A stretch of 64,000 bases of DNA, taken from an uncultured Gemmatimonadales bacterium. GTDB taxonomy: Bacteria > Gemmatimonadota > Gemmatimonadetes > Gemmatimonadales > GWC2-71-9. The notes under the pieces were generated by a model that saw only the letters and a program-made list of their open reading frames with translations, had not been told where the DNA came from and searched no databases. Positions 19,877 through 30,408 of this stretch are shown here, one piece after another. Where the stretch lies: assembly GCA_963842945.1 (NCBI GenBank), contig CAWJIM010000019.1, forward strand, positions 512,001 to 576,000. Direction: 5' to 3'. The position numbers and the translations under genes are program-made. Each line of letters begins with the position of its first letter. The first letter of the stretch is position 1.

Positions 19877-22725
19877 AACAGCACCAGGCCGGCTGAGAGC
19901 GCTACCAGGCCGGTCAGCAGCCGGGATAGCTGCCACCAGGCCGGCGCTCGCAACGGCACTTGAACCAGCGGATCGCCTACGAGGGTGAAAGCCGCCCACT
20001 CATGGGGCGATCGTTTCGCCCGGATGGCATCGAGCTTGGCCAGGCGGAGCGCCTCTCCCACTGGTCGCTTCTGGGCCAGATGCCGATACAGCGCTTGTAC
20101 CAAGCTTACGGCTTCACGGTCTCCGACCTCCCACTGCGTGGCAACGACCGAGCGCGCCCCGGCCCGAAACAGCGGCGCAATCAGCCCCTGAACTCCCTCT
20201 CCATTGATGACCACACCTCCAGCGGAACGGCAGGAGGAGAGCACGACCATGTCCGCATCCAGCCGAAGCCTGGCCAGCTCATCGGGGCCCACGAAGCCGC
20301 TCTCACCTTTGCTGGGCGCGAGGACCAATGCTGTCCGAGCAGCCGTGTGCTCATCGACCAGGGTGTGGGTAGCGAAATGGACTACCCGAAACGGTGTGAG
20401 GTCGGATCCCTTGAGGAATGCCGCGCTGGCTTCGCCACGCAACCGGACCTCGGATTTCGGCGAGTACCGGGCCACGAAGCGGGCTTCCCCGGCCGACCGG
20501 CGGAGTCGGGGGAGGGCAGGCTGTCGCTTCGACTCAAAAGCAGGATCGCCAAAGGCAAGCAGCCTCATCGGCCGGCCACTCGGATGGTGAAGCCAGAGCG
20601 AGACGAGCACTTTGGCAGATGGAGCGGTGCTGATGGCATACCGCTCCGCGGCATAGCGGCCGTCGCGCAGCCGCAGCGCATCGAACGGCAGCCGGTGCAA
20701 GGGACCGTCCGGGATGATCACCAGCCGGCGAATAGTGGCGTCCAGCCGAGCCACCGCAGGGGCCAGCAGCGCATTGCCCAGGCTCGCGGCCACCCCGTCG
20801 GACTCCATTCCGCTCTGGATCAGGGCCTCGAACCTCGCTATTCGCGCCTCCAATGAATCGGCCGGCGCAAGCGTGAGGACCTGGAGGTCGTTCCCGCTTC
20901 CGCGGCGCAGCAGGAACAGTGTCGTCGGTGCTCCCAGTGAGCCGGTCACATACTCGAGAATGGCGGTGCTGTCGTCCGGGATGTGGGAAGCCGCTTGGGG
21001 GGCGGTCATGGCGGGCGTCGATCGCTCGGAGGTGACCGGAGCGAGACGCAAGGTATCGCTTTGATCGAGAGCGGTCGCCTGAGCCAACTGGTCGGCCAGC
21101 TCACGCGCCCGCCTCCGCTCCGCCAGCGCGAACGCGGCGTCGGCCCGTCCTCGGGTCGCAAGGTCGCTGATCACCCGCACGACCTCGGCATCGCGATCGT
21201 TCATCTCCGTGGGCGAGGCCTGGAAGGCAAGGACCCGGAGCTCCTCGTCGCTGAGAGTTGCCCGCCAGCGTTCCAGCTCATCCCAGGCCTGCATTGCCTC
21301 GCGTTCGGCGCGCTGGATGTCACCGCGACGGGCGTAGATGTCGGCCAGCCGGACCCGGGCGTCATGGCGAAAGACATGCTGGCTGGAATCCAGGGTGGCC
21401 AGGAATCGAGTCAGCGACCGTTCCGCCGACGGAAGGTCACCCCGAAAGAGGGCCAGCCGGGCATCGTCGTAGTGAAGCTCACTGGTCCAGAGCGGCCGGT
21501 TCATCCGGCGAGCCAGGGCATGGGCAGCGTCGAGCGCCTTTTGAGCGGCGGCCCAGTCACCCTCGTGCATGGCGATAATCGCGAGATTGCGGTGGGCGGA
21601 AAACTCGATCTGGGCTTCTCCGGTGCGCTGGTACCACGCGAGGACTTCCAGCGTCTGCTTCCGCGCTGCTGACAGGTCTCCCATGGCCAAGGCGGTCACG
21701 GCCAGATAGTCCCGGGCCTTCATCTCCCCGACCGGGTCGCCCAGACTCCGAAATAGAGCGATAGAGCGATCCAGCGCATCGGAGGCTGCGGCGTAGTCGT
21801 TGAGGGAGGTCGCGATGGCGCCGGCCGCGGTGTAGGCGGCAGCTACCGCGAACTGGTTGTGGGCCGCTTGTGCCTCTGCCAGGGCCTGGTGCACCAGCTC
21901 ATTCGCCTTGCCCAGGTCGCCCTGACCAAGCAGAGCATTGACGTGCCAGAGAAGGGTGGTCGAGAGCTGCGCCCGGTCGTGACCGCGGCGATACCACTCC
22001 TCGGCTTGAAGCAGAACCACTATGGAAGAATCCCGCTTTCCCTCGAACTGGAGCAGCTGTGCCAGGGACTTGAGCGCCTGGCCTACCAGCCGCTGGTACC
22101 CGGACTGCCGGGCCAGTTGAAGGGCCTGTCCCGCATCAGCCCTGGCCTCCGGGCGACCCAGGATCCCTCGCAAAGCGGCCCGCTGGCGAAGCCGCTCGGC
22201 GTGCACGTCGTAGCGGGTTTCGGGGACCAGACGCTCCACGGTATCGAGAGTGACCAGTCCGGATTCAATTCCTTCGCCGAATGCCCGCTGCAGCGATACC
22301 ACGAGCAGGGCCTCACCTTCGGCAGCGGGATCGCCCACCCGGCGGGCAGCCGCCCGGGCGCGCTCGAGCGCTGCCTTGGCCTTCTCGCTCAATCCCTGAG
22401 CGTCCAGGCCCTGGGCCAGACCCAGAAGGGCGTAGGCCCCGAGCGGGTCAGCGGCCAGCGAGTCCTGGCCCAGCAGTACCCGATGGTAGAGCCGCTCGGC
22501 ATCCGGGTAGGCATACCGCAGCCGGTTCAGAGTGGCCAGGCCGAACAGAGCGGCCCGGTCGGTCGAGTCCTGGCCGAGTCTGGTTTTCCAGCGGCTTTCC
22601 CAAGCGGCGACGCTGTCTCCCTCGATCGCCCGAGTGGCGGTTGCCACGATTGCGGGGGGAGACTCGAGAGTGTCTGCTGGAGAGGTTAGTAGCGAACAGA
22701 TGAGCGGGAAGAGCAATGCAAGCAT
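19798..22725 (-). CDS. TPR-CHAT (caspase-like) protease with signal peptide and C-terminal TM
   Basis: IIPDGPLHRLPF, VVHFATH (His), VLSSCRS (Cys), VVATQW and WAAFTLVG motifs; long TPR array. Confidence 0.9.
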   Translation of the reverse strand: MLALLFPLICSLLTSPADTLESPPAIVATATRAIEGDSVAAWESRWKTRLGQDSTDRAALFGLATLNRLRYAYPDAERLYHRVLLGQDSLAADPLGAYALLGLAQGLDAQGLSEKAKAALERARAAARRVGDPAAEGEALLVVSLQRAFGEGIESGLVTLDTVERLVPETRYDVHAERLRQRAALRGILGRPEARADAGQALQLARQSGYQRLVGQALKSLAQLLQFEGKRDSSIVVLLQAEEWYRRGHDRAQLSTTLLWHVNALLGQGDLGKANELVHQALAEAQAAHNQFAVAAAYTAAGAIATSLNDYAAASDALDRSIALFRSLGDPVGEMKARDYLAVTALAMGDLSAARKQTLEVLAWYQRTGEAQIEFSAHRNLAIIAMHEGDWAAAQKALDAAHALARRMNRPLWTSELHYDDARLALFRGDLPSAERSLTRFLATLDSSQHVFRHDARVRLADIYARRGDIQRAEREAMQAWDELERWRATLSDEELRVLAFQASPTEMNDRDAEVVRVISDLATRGRADAAFALAERRRARELADQLAQATALDQSDTLRLAPVTSERSTPAMTAPQAASHIPDDSTAILEYVTGSLGAPTTLFLLRRGSGNDLQVLTLAPADSLEARIARFEALIQSGMESDGVAASLGNALLAPAVARLDATIRRLVIIPDGPLHRLPFDALRLRDGRYAAERYAISTAPSAKVLVSLWLHHPSGRPMRLLAFGDPAFESKRQPALPRLRRSAGEARFVARYSPKSEVRLRGEASAAFLKGSDLTPFRVVHFATHTLVDEHTAARTALVLAPSKGESGFVGPDELARLRLDADMVVLSSCRSAGGVVINGEGVQGLIAPLFRAGARSVVATQWEVGDREAVSLVQALYRHLAQKRPVGEALRLAKLDAIRAKRSPHEWAAFTLVGDPLVQVPLRAPAWWQLSRLLTGLVALSAGLVLFYLLRIRRARREEARREPGVASRTHH

Positions 22726-22780
22726 GACCAAGCATGGGTTCAGCCGCCACTATACCGAGCGATGACGCAGGCAGCAAGTG

Positions 22781-22807
22781 AAAAGGGCCGGCCCTGAGGC
22801 CGGCCCT
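22781..22807 (-). terminator. Intrinsic terminator after the TPR gene
   Basis: Hairpin agggccggcc-ctga-ggccggccct with TTTT on the minus strand. Confidence 0.75.
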
Positions 22808-22816
22808 GGTTTGTGC

Positions 22817-23833
22817 CTACTCTTCGTGCTCACAATCCTCCAGGCTATCGCCCCGGGTCTCGATCGAGGCGGTCGTCGAATCCAAGGCTACCGGAGTGGA
22901 ATCGAGAACCTGCTGAGTAACCTCGCTGCTGGACCCGCTCCAGCTTTCGATCTCCCGCTCGAACTGCTGCGCCAGCTGGTCCAGATCCACCGGCCCTGAT
23001 TCGGTCTGTTGCACCACGCTGGTGACCCGCGCCAGCGCTACCGCCGCCTTCTGGTAGGTACTATCGACTTGAATGGCGGTCTCGTAGGCCTGCGCAGCGG
23101 CCTCCGGATAACCGGACCGCTCAAGGGCCACTCCCAGGTTGTTCTGAAAAACAGGGGCATTGCCTCTGAGTTGCACCGCTCGAGCCAGAGCGGGAAGCGC
23201 CTCGTTCGGCTGGTTCTGGTCGATGTAGATCAACCCGAGATTGTTCATCGCCCAGGCGTCCCGCTCGTCGACGACCAGGGCACGGTGATAAGCCTCGATG
23301 GCATCATCGACCTGACCCAGGAGATAGCGAGTCCGGCCCAGCAGGCGGAGCCCCTCACTCGATGCCGGCTCCTGACTCAGCGCCTTCTCGATCCGCTCGA
23401 GCGCCTGCTGCAGGTGACCCGTTTCCAGCAGCACTCGTGCGGAGTTGTACAGGCTCTTCCGGTGATTGGGATCCAGCTCGATGGACCGGTCGAAGGCGCT
23501 CAAGGCGCGATCAGGCTCTCCGTTTTTCCAGGCGGAGACCCCAAGCATGTAGTAACCCCAGGCATTTTCGGGATTGCTCTCGGTGTAAACCGAGAACAGC
23601 TGGGTGGCCTCATCGTACTTCCCGGTGTTGAAGGTGGATTCGGCCCGGGCGTAGGTGACTGGAGCCGACTTGGGCCCGATCTCACCGGCGCTGTCGTTTC
23701 CGGCAGTTGTTCCGGAGACGACCGGCGGATTCGCGCCCGCGGTGGTGGACGTGGTTTGCTGGCGGTCGGACCGCCCGCATGCGGCAATGATGGCAGTAAG
23801 GGCGAACACTGGTACGGCGAAGTAGCGAGACAT
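22817..23833 (-). CDS. TPR-repeat lipoprotein
   Basis: IAAC lipobox; about six TPRs; AAGGAG RBS. Confidence 0.88.
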   Translation of the reverse strand: MSRYFAVPVFALTAIIAACGRSDRQQTTSTTAGANPPVVSGTTAGNDSAGEIGPKSAPVTYARAESTFNTGKYDEATQLFSVYTESNPENAWGYYMLGVSAWKNGEPDRALSAFDRSIELDPNHRKSLYNSARVLLETGHLQQALERIEKALSQEPASSEGLRLLGRTRYLLGQVDDAIEAYHRALVVDERDAWAMNNLGLIYIDQNQPNEALPALARAVQLRGNAPVFQNNLGVALERSGYPEAAAQAYETAIQVDSTYQKAAVALARVTSVVQQTESGPVDLDQLAQQFEREIESWSGSSSEVTQQVLDSTPVALDSTTASIETRGDSLEDCEHEE

Positions 23834-23894
23834 GGGGCTCTCCTTGATGTGGCGCGAGGCGCCGTGACTGACGGCCAACCGCGCCGAGACAAAG

Positions 23895-23909
23895 GCAAAC
23901 GGGCAGCCA
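23895..23909 (-). promoter_or_regulatory. sigma54 -24/-12 promoter for the TPR gene
   Basis: Minus strand TGGC-tgcccgt-TTGC with exact N7 spacing. Confidence 0.65.
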
Positions 23910-23950
23910 CATCAAAGAGGACCCGGGGGACTCTCGAGATCGCCCTGCAG

Positions 23951-24047
23951 ATACAACTACTTAGAGAAAACGGTGTCACAGCGGAGCCGGCCGAGTGTGT
24001 CCGGAGGAACACCACCGGAAAGAGGAGGACGTGTCCCCAAGGACACG
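23951..24047. promoter_or_regulatory. IHF-like site and two palindromic enhancer-like sites
   Basis: ATACAACTACTTA (23951-23963); GTGTCC-ggag-GAACAC (23997-24012); CGTGTCC-ccaa-GGACACG (24030-24047). Confidence 0.55.
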
Positions 24048-25426
24048 CTACTCGGGCCCGGCTTTCCCTTCCCGACGAAGATTCAGGCGACGCATGATCT
24101 TGAGCAAACTGGCGTGGTCGGCCAGTCCAAGCTCCTCGGCGGTTCGGGTCACATGCCACTGATTGCGCTCCAACGCGGCAGCAACGATCTGTCGTTCGGC
24201 CTCGGTGCGCAGGGCCTGGAAGGTTCTGCCTCCTGAGGGTAGGGCGGGAATTCGACTCTCTTCCCGGATGTCTGCAGGGACATGCTCCGGTCGGAGCATC
24301 TCGCCCTCCGCCGCGATGATCATGCGCTCGATGGCATTCCGCAGCTCGCGTACGTTGTTGCGACTCCAGTCATATCCCAGGAGCACCTCCAGCGGCGTCT
24401 CCCGACAGCTTCTTGGGTCGGAAACCAAACTGTCGGCACATGCTGGTGAGAAACCGATTGGCCAGCTCCGGGACGTCGGACAGACGGTCACGAAGCGGCG
24501 GCACGTTGAGTACGTGAACGTTGAGGCGGTAATAAAGATCCTGACGGAAGTTCCCGGCGGAGACCTCGGCCTCGAGGTTTCGATTGGTGGCGGCAACCAC
24601 CCTGGCTTCTATGGGAATGGGACGAGTTGCACCCAGCCGGACCACTTCCCGGTTCTCCAGCGCGCGGAGGAGCTTTGCCTGAGCCGGAAGCGGAAGCTCT
24701 CCGATCTCGTCGAGGAACAGGGTGCCCCGTCCGGCAGCCTCGAAGGCTCCCTTTCGGGTGACTGCGGCACCGGTGAACGCGCCGCGCTCGTGCCCGAACA
24801 ACTCACTCTCGATCAGATTTTCGGGCAGGGCCGCGCTGTTGATGGCCAGGAAGGGTGCGTCGGGATGGAGGCCGGAGCGGTGGAGGTCGCGGGCGACGAG
24901 CTCCTTGCCGGTGCCGCTTTCGCCCAGGATCAGCACCGGGCTCGGGATCCGGCTCACCCGGCCGATCGCTTCACGCAGGGTACGAATGGCCGCACTGGAG
25001 CCCACCAGCGATGACTCAATGCCGAGCCGGCGCTCGAGGGCCGCCAGCTCCTGCCGGAGTCTCTTCCGCTCCAGCACCGTCTCGACCTCATGGACCACCC
25101 GCTCCATGGGCTCGGCCTTGTCGATGAAGCTGTAGGCGCCCAGCCGGATAGCAGCGATGCAGCGCTCGTAGTTTCCGGTGCCAGTGTAGACGATCACGGG
25201 CACTTCACTGCCCTGCTGCTCCAGCCGGCGCAGTACCTCGAATCCGTCCATCCCCGGCATTTCCAGATCGAGGATCATGCAGTCGACCGCGGCGCTGCGA
25301 AGCAATTCCAACGCCTTACCACCCTCGTTCGCGGTGACGACCTCGTATCCGCCCAGGCGCTGCGAGGTCGTAGGCGTACTGCTCGGTGAGCGCGGGTATG
25401 TCGTCGACGACCAGTACCAGGGTCAT
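24048..25426 (-). CDS. sigma54-dependent response regulator, NtrC family (frameshifts near 25355 and 24370)
   Basis: LVVDD, DLEMPGMDG, GESGTGKE, GAFTGA, FLDEIGE, NVRELRN and C-terminal Fis-type HTH. Confidence 0.93.
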
Positions 25427-27123
25427 GGCCTCGACTCTTCGGCTGGCACCGGAGGCAGCTCCACCAGCACCCGGGTACCCGCGCCGGGCTGAGTCTCCAC
25501 CCGGAGGGTGCCCTCGAGATCCAGGATGAGTCGCCGAACGATCGAAAGACCCAGGCCGGTCCCTCCGGACTTGGTGGTATAGAAATCGTCGAAGGCCCGG
25601 TTCAGCTCACTCTCCGTCATGCCGGTTCCATTGTCAGCTACGATGATTCTCACCCGCTCAGGTTCTGGCCCGCCGGCAACTCGCTCGGTTGATATCGTGA
25701 CCTCGCCCATCGGGCTTTCCGGACAGGCTGTCCAGGGCATTCCCCACCAGGTTTTCCAGGATCCGGCGGACCATCAGCGCGATCGGCCAGGGCAAGAGGC
25801 TGATGAGGAGAGAGCTCGGCTCGAATTCCGACTCCATCGTGGCTGATGTTGCGGACAACCTGCTCGACAATGGCATTGACATCACAGGCCTTCCGCTCGA
25901 TGCCCGGCGCCAGCCGGTCGTAATTGCGGGCCAGGGTGCTGAGATATTCCACACTCGAGTCCAAAGTGCCCCGGCGGGCCTCGAACACCTGGGGAAGGGA
26001 CGCAGGGTCCTGCTGAAGCACCTGGCTCAAGTGACGCAAGACGTTCCGAATAGGCGCCAGGCCATTCTTGATATCGTGGTTCACCTGGCGAGCCAGGTCG
26101 CCCACCGCGGCGCGGCGCTCGGCTTCACGCACCCGGACCGAACTGGCCCGGAGCCGCTCCATCATGGAGGCGAGCAGCCGCGAGAGAGTGCCGATCTCGT
26201 CTGATCGTTCGGTGGCAAAGCTCTGGTCCAACCGATCGAGGTCCACCTGGGCCGTCTTCTCGGCCAGATCCCGGAGGGGCCGGCTGACTCGGGCGGAGAG
26301 CCAGGCTGCGCCAAGGACGGCCATCAGGACGGTGAGCGCCAGGGCTACCAGAAACCAGCGCTTTACGCCCTCCCGAAGGGATTCCAATGCGTCGAGCGAC
26401 TGAATCACCAGCAGCCGCGCCGTATCCGAGGTGACACCGGTGCCGGCGGTGAGGTCGATATACGGCACGCGCAGCTCGCGAACAATCCGGCTTCTGGGGA
26501 CCGAGGGCGTGGCCGCCCCGGGGTACTCCAATCTTACCGCGAGGCTCGAGTCTCGAGCCAACCCTCCCAGGAGCCGTGGGTCCGCTCCCACCCCACCAAT
26601 GATCTTGAATGCTCGGGTTCCAATGCGGAGCGAGTCGATTCGGGTCAGCGCGAGCACGGCTGAATCGGGCGTGCGGGCCCGAAGCAACATCAGTGAGTCC
26701 GGCGCGCTTTCCAGCAAGCGAGGTGAGCTCTGGCTCCAGCCGGTCGAACTCGTTGCGAAAGTGACCTGAACTGAGAATCCGGCCGTCGGGGTGCTGAATC
26801 TGAAGCAGGGAGAGTCCGGAGAGCCGCATTGCCTGACCCGCTGCATCGAGCAGGTATGGCCGGCTGGCGGCGTCACCCTGAACGGCGAGACGGAAACGGT
26901 TGTCTTTCGACAGTTGGGTCACGATAGCCTGGAGCCGTTGTCCAACCAAACCGCTTGCACGTCTCAGGTCGGACTCCAGTACGGCCGCCATTGCTTCCAC
27001 TCGCGTCTGGTATTCCCGGGTGAGGCGGCGATCCAGCTCCCGGCGCACCCCGAGCGCGAGCGCGCCAAGCGGGATCAGCACGGCCAGGAGGATGGCCCCA
27101 AACACTCTGCTCCGGAAGCTCAG
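25423..27123 (-). CDS. HAMP sensor histidine kinase (about three frameshifts)
   Basis: Two TMs, SDEIGTL HAMP, NHDIKNGL H-box, ENLVGNA, DNGTGM and TTKSGGTGLGL; start appears to be CTG overlapping the upstream TGA. Confidence 0.88.
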
Positions 27124-28383
27124 CGGGAAGTCTCCTGCTGGAGGTCGGCCTCCGAGAGAAAGCGGGGTGTCCCGTCCCAGTCCACGGTGAGCGCCGGCGA
27201 TCCTCGCCGGACAATCGCGCGCTGCCGAGTGTCGATCAATGGGTAGAGGCGGCCTCTCCGCGTCCACTCGGCCGACTCGCGGCAGGGCGACGCCGATTGC
27301 AGGGGGATGGCCACGATATACCCGCGATCCCCTCCTTGCTCGAGCTCGGCGGCAAACCGGGAAGGATCCATCGCGAGCGCGCTGAGGGGATGTTGATCTT
27401 CGGCGATGGCGACGAGGCGCTCAGCCAGCTTTCGAGCGACAGGGTCGTTTTGCTGATAGACGAGGCGCGGTCCTGTGGGGGCGGTCGCCTCCATGGAGAT
27501 TTCGACCGAGCAGGGGCTGGAATTCCACCACAGTTGGTTCGCCGATGGGCGAGCGTCGGTCTGCACCACATCCTGAACCAGAGACAGCTTCAAGGACGAA
27601 TCCAAGGCTGCGGTCACCGGCGGGGTGCCGGCGTGCTGCAACAAGACATAGGTCCGGTCCCACGGCAGCAGATAGGAGTTGAGCTCGGTCGTACGCGCCG
27701 CATAGTCGATCACCTGAGGGTCACCCGAAACCACCAAATCAGCGCCGGCATCGAGCGCGTCCCTCAGGTCTCTGGTACCCGGGGCCGTGATTTCAAGGAT
27801 CGGGCGGCCCGGTCCCAGGGAGACGGTCAGCCGAGTTCCACTCAGCCGGTGTAGCCATGCTGCTTGGAACCACGGACCAAAGCGGATCGGCCAACGCTCT
27901 GGGCAACGAATCACGCGAATCCTTCATCGTCAGGCGTACCGTGTGATCGTCGATTACCTGCACCGAATCCAGCCCGGCCTCGCGCAGAGCACCGGCTCGG
28001 CGACTCCAATCGGTCTCGATACTGCGGGCAGTCAGGCTGCTGCCATCGGCAAATTGAGCCCCGTCGCGAAGAGCAAATGTCCAGATTCGGCCAGTGCTAT
28101 CGGTGTGCCATGAGGTAGCCAGACCGGGCCGCAGCTCACCCCGGCAATCGAGTCTGACCAGTGCTGGAAAGAGCTGGCGAAAGACCAGCCGCTCATCCTG
28201 GTTGGTGGGTACCGGCGCGTGAGACAAGTCGAGTGGGCTGGACAGCGCGACCGTGACCGTATCGAGCCACTGCGTCGAGTCGGCGGACAGCAGGCAGCGG
28301 TCTTCCGACTGCGTCGGCTGGGGAGAAGGTGAAGGCTTCGGAGCGGAGGCGGGAGCGCAACCGTCGAGGGTCAGCGCGGCCAA
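27120..28383 (-). CDS. Peptide/nickel-type (family 5) substrate-binding-like lipoprotein (frameshift near 27900)
   Basis: LRPGLATSW...WTFALRDGAQFADGSSLTA signature. Confidence 0.75.
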
Positions 28384-28403
28384 GCCGAAGGCAGCGGCTC
28401 CAG

Positions 28404-29296
28404 CTAGGAGCCGGCGACCACGAATGGGCTGCCCCCCAGCTTCGCTTTGATTTCAGGTACGACCGCGGCGGCCTCTGCCTTGGTTCGATAATCACCGATC
28501 CGGACCTTGTAGAATCCGCCTTCCTCAATGGTGATTGGATTGAATCCCTTGGACTTCAGCTTGCCGGCAACCGACTCAGCGGTGCCCTTGCTGCGTACCG
28601 CGCTGATTTGGATCCGATAATGGGTTACCGCCGGCGCAGCAGGCGCCGAGTCCGTTCGGGCAATGCTCGGAGGCGGGGCCGGAGGGGCCGGAGTGGCGCG
28701 CGACTGTCACTGCGCGGAGCTGGAGATGAAGGTGTCTCAGGGGTGGCGGCGAACTGACCACAACGCTGATTCAGGTACCGCAGCTGGTTCTGCAGCTCGA
28801 GATTGGCCGAGGAGTCCTTCAGACCCTCGGCGATCCAGCGACAGGCCAGATCGGGCTTTTTCTGGTCGAAGTAGGTGCGGGCGGCCCAATACGCTGTCTG
28901 CGGTATCAGCGGACTGCCGGGATAGTCGAGTCGAATCCGCTCCAGGTTGCGGGCTGCGCCATCCAGATTGGCGCTGGCGTAATCGAGTTGCACCAGCCGC
29001 AGCAGGGCATCATCGGCCCAGCTGGAGGACGGATACTCCACCGCAACCCGCTGCAGCTGACGCCGCATGTCGGAGGCGTCGCTGGCCACCATGGCCTGGG
29101 TGTAGACGATCTGAGGGTACAAGGTATCGGTCGGCGGAGTGGCGGTGAGCAGCTGCTGGACCTTGATCCGCGCCGAGTCGCTCTCACCTTCCTGCGCATT
29201 GCGGACCACTTCGACGAGGCGTGGATCGGTCTGTCCAAGGAGGGGAAGGACGGGAGTGACGGGAAGGACGGAGAGGCAGATCAGGAGCCTGCGCAT
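28404..29296 (-). CDS. TPR plus SPOR domain protein (frameshift near 28700)
   Basis: YPSSSWADDALL TPR; C-terminal YRIQISAV...FYKVRIGDYRTKAEA...PFVV SPOR domain. Confidence 0.82.
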
Positions 29297-30351
29297 CAGG
29301 CTGCCTCCGCCGATTTCACGCCCAGACGCAACACGAGGTCCGTCAGCACTCCCCGCTCATCTGAGATGGTAGTGCTCTTGAGCGCCTGATCGGCCTGAAG
29401 ACAGGCTCCGAGTGCCGCATCGATGCGCCTGGCCGGCCAGCGATCTGCCAATCGCGACCAGCGAGCAGCCTCTTCCTTGTAGCCCAGCAGACCGGTCGGC
29501 CGGTTCTTCAGCAGCGCCTTGAACACCGTGTCTTCCAGGGCGCGGTCCCGGAGGCCTTTGTCCTGGAAGCGGCGGGTAATTCCCAGGCCGATGAGCGTTG
29601 TACCCAGCAGGGTAACCAGCTTCACTCCCGACATCCCGGGTTGGGCGAGAATTGCCGGCAAGAGGGTTATGGCGCGACCAGTTTCTCCCTCGAGTATCGC
29701 GGCTCGCCAGTCCCACTGGGTCTCCCCTCGCCTGACCCCGACGAGCTGACCGACTCTCTCGGGGGTGAGGGGATCGTCCGAGGGCAGTGACGCCAGTTTG
29801 GCCAGCTCGGAGCTCAGGGCCGCGAGATCGGAGCCAATCGCCTGCACTAAATGTTCGGCCGCGGCGCCCTCCAGACTCACACCCAAAATTCCAGCGCGGT
29901 GCAACAGCCACTTGGCCGCCCGTTCGGTGGGCAGGGGATCCAGCCGCACCACATACGAGCCTCGGGCGAGCTCCTTGTCCTCGGTCTCTTCAGCGGATCC
30001 CTGCACCAGCACCACCACCGTAGCGGGGCTGGGCCGCTCCAGATACCGCTGGAATTCGGATTTCGACTTGGTCTTACGGCGCCAGGCTTCCACCTCGCGA
30101 ATGACGACGACGCGTCGCTCGGCCATCATCGGGAGCGTATTGCACAGGGCGTGGATCTCTTCGGGATCGAGCTGGACGGCGGAACGCTGGTCGAGGTTGA
30201 AGTCTCGCATGGAGGGATCGAGCGCCCGGTCAACGATTGCCCGTACCGCCTCATCCTTGAGCACGTCCTCGAGGCCATACAGGTAATAGACCGGGGCGAG
30301 CTCGCCCTTAGTCAGCGACCGGAATAGCGCATCAAACGAGTGTGCCGGCAT
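29296..30351 (-). CDS. holA: DNA polymerase III delta subunit
   Basis: PVYYLYGLED, LPMMAERRVVV, ELAKL and ADQALKS motifs. Confidence 0.92.
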   Translation of the reverse strand: MPAHSFDALFRSLTKGELAPVYYLYGLEDVLKDEAVRAIVDRALDPSMRDFNLDQRSAVQLDPEEIHALCNTLPMMAERRVVVIREVEAWRRKTKSKSEFQRYLERPSPATVVVLVQGSAEETEDKELARGSYVVRLDPLPTERAAKWLLHRAGILGVSLEGAAAEHLVQAIGSDLAALSSELAKLASLPSDDPLTPERVGQLVGVRRGETQWDWRAAILEGETGRAITLLPAILAQPGMSGVKLVTLLGTTLIGLGITRRFQDKGLRDRALEDTVFKALLKNRPTGLLGYKEEAARWSRLADRWPARRIDAALGACLQADQALKSTTISDERGVLTDLVLRLGVKSAEAA

Positions 30352-30408
30352 ACTGAAGGCTAACGTACCCCCTGTAATAAAGTCTCGTAAGACGGTCCGC
30401 CAGACGCG

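Noticed and set aside
19798..22725. CHAT protein as part of a CRISPR or anti-phage system
   Set aside because: No cas genes, array, gasdermin-like or other effector nearby, and the protein appears to be exported
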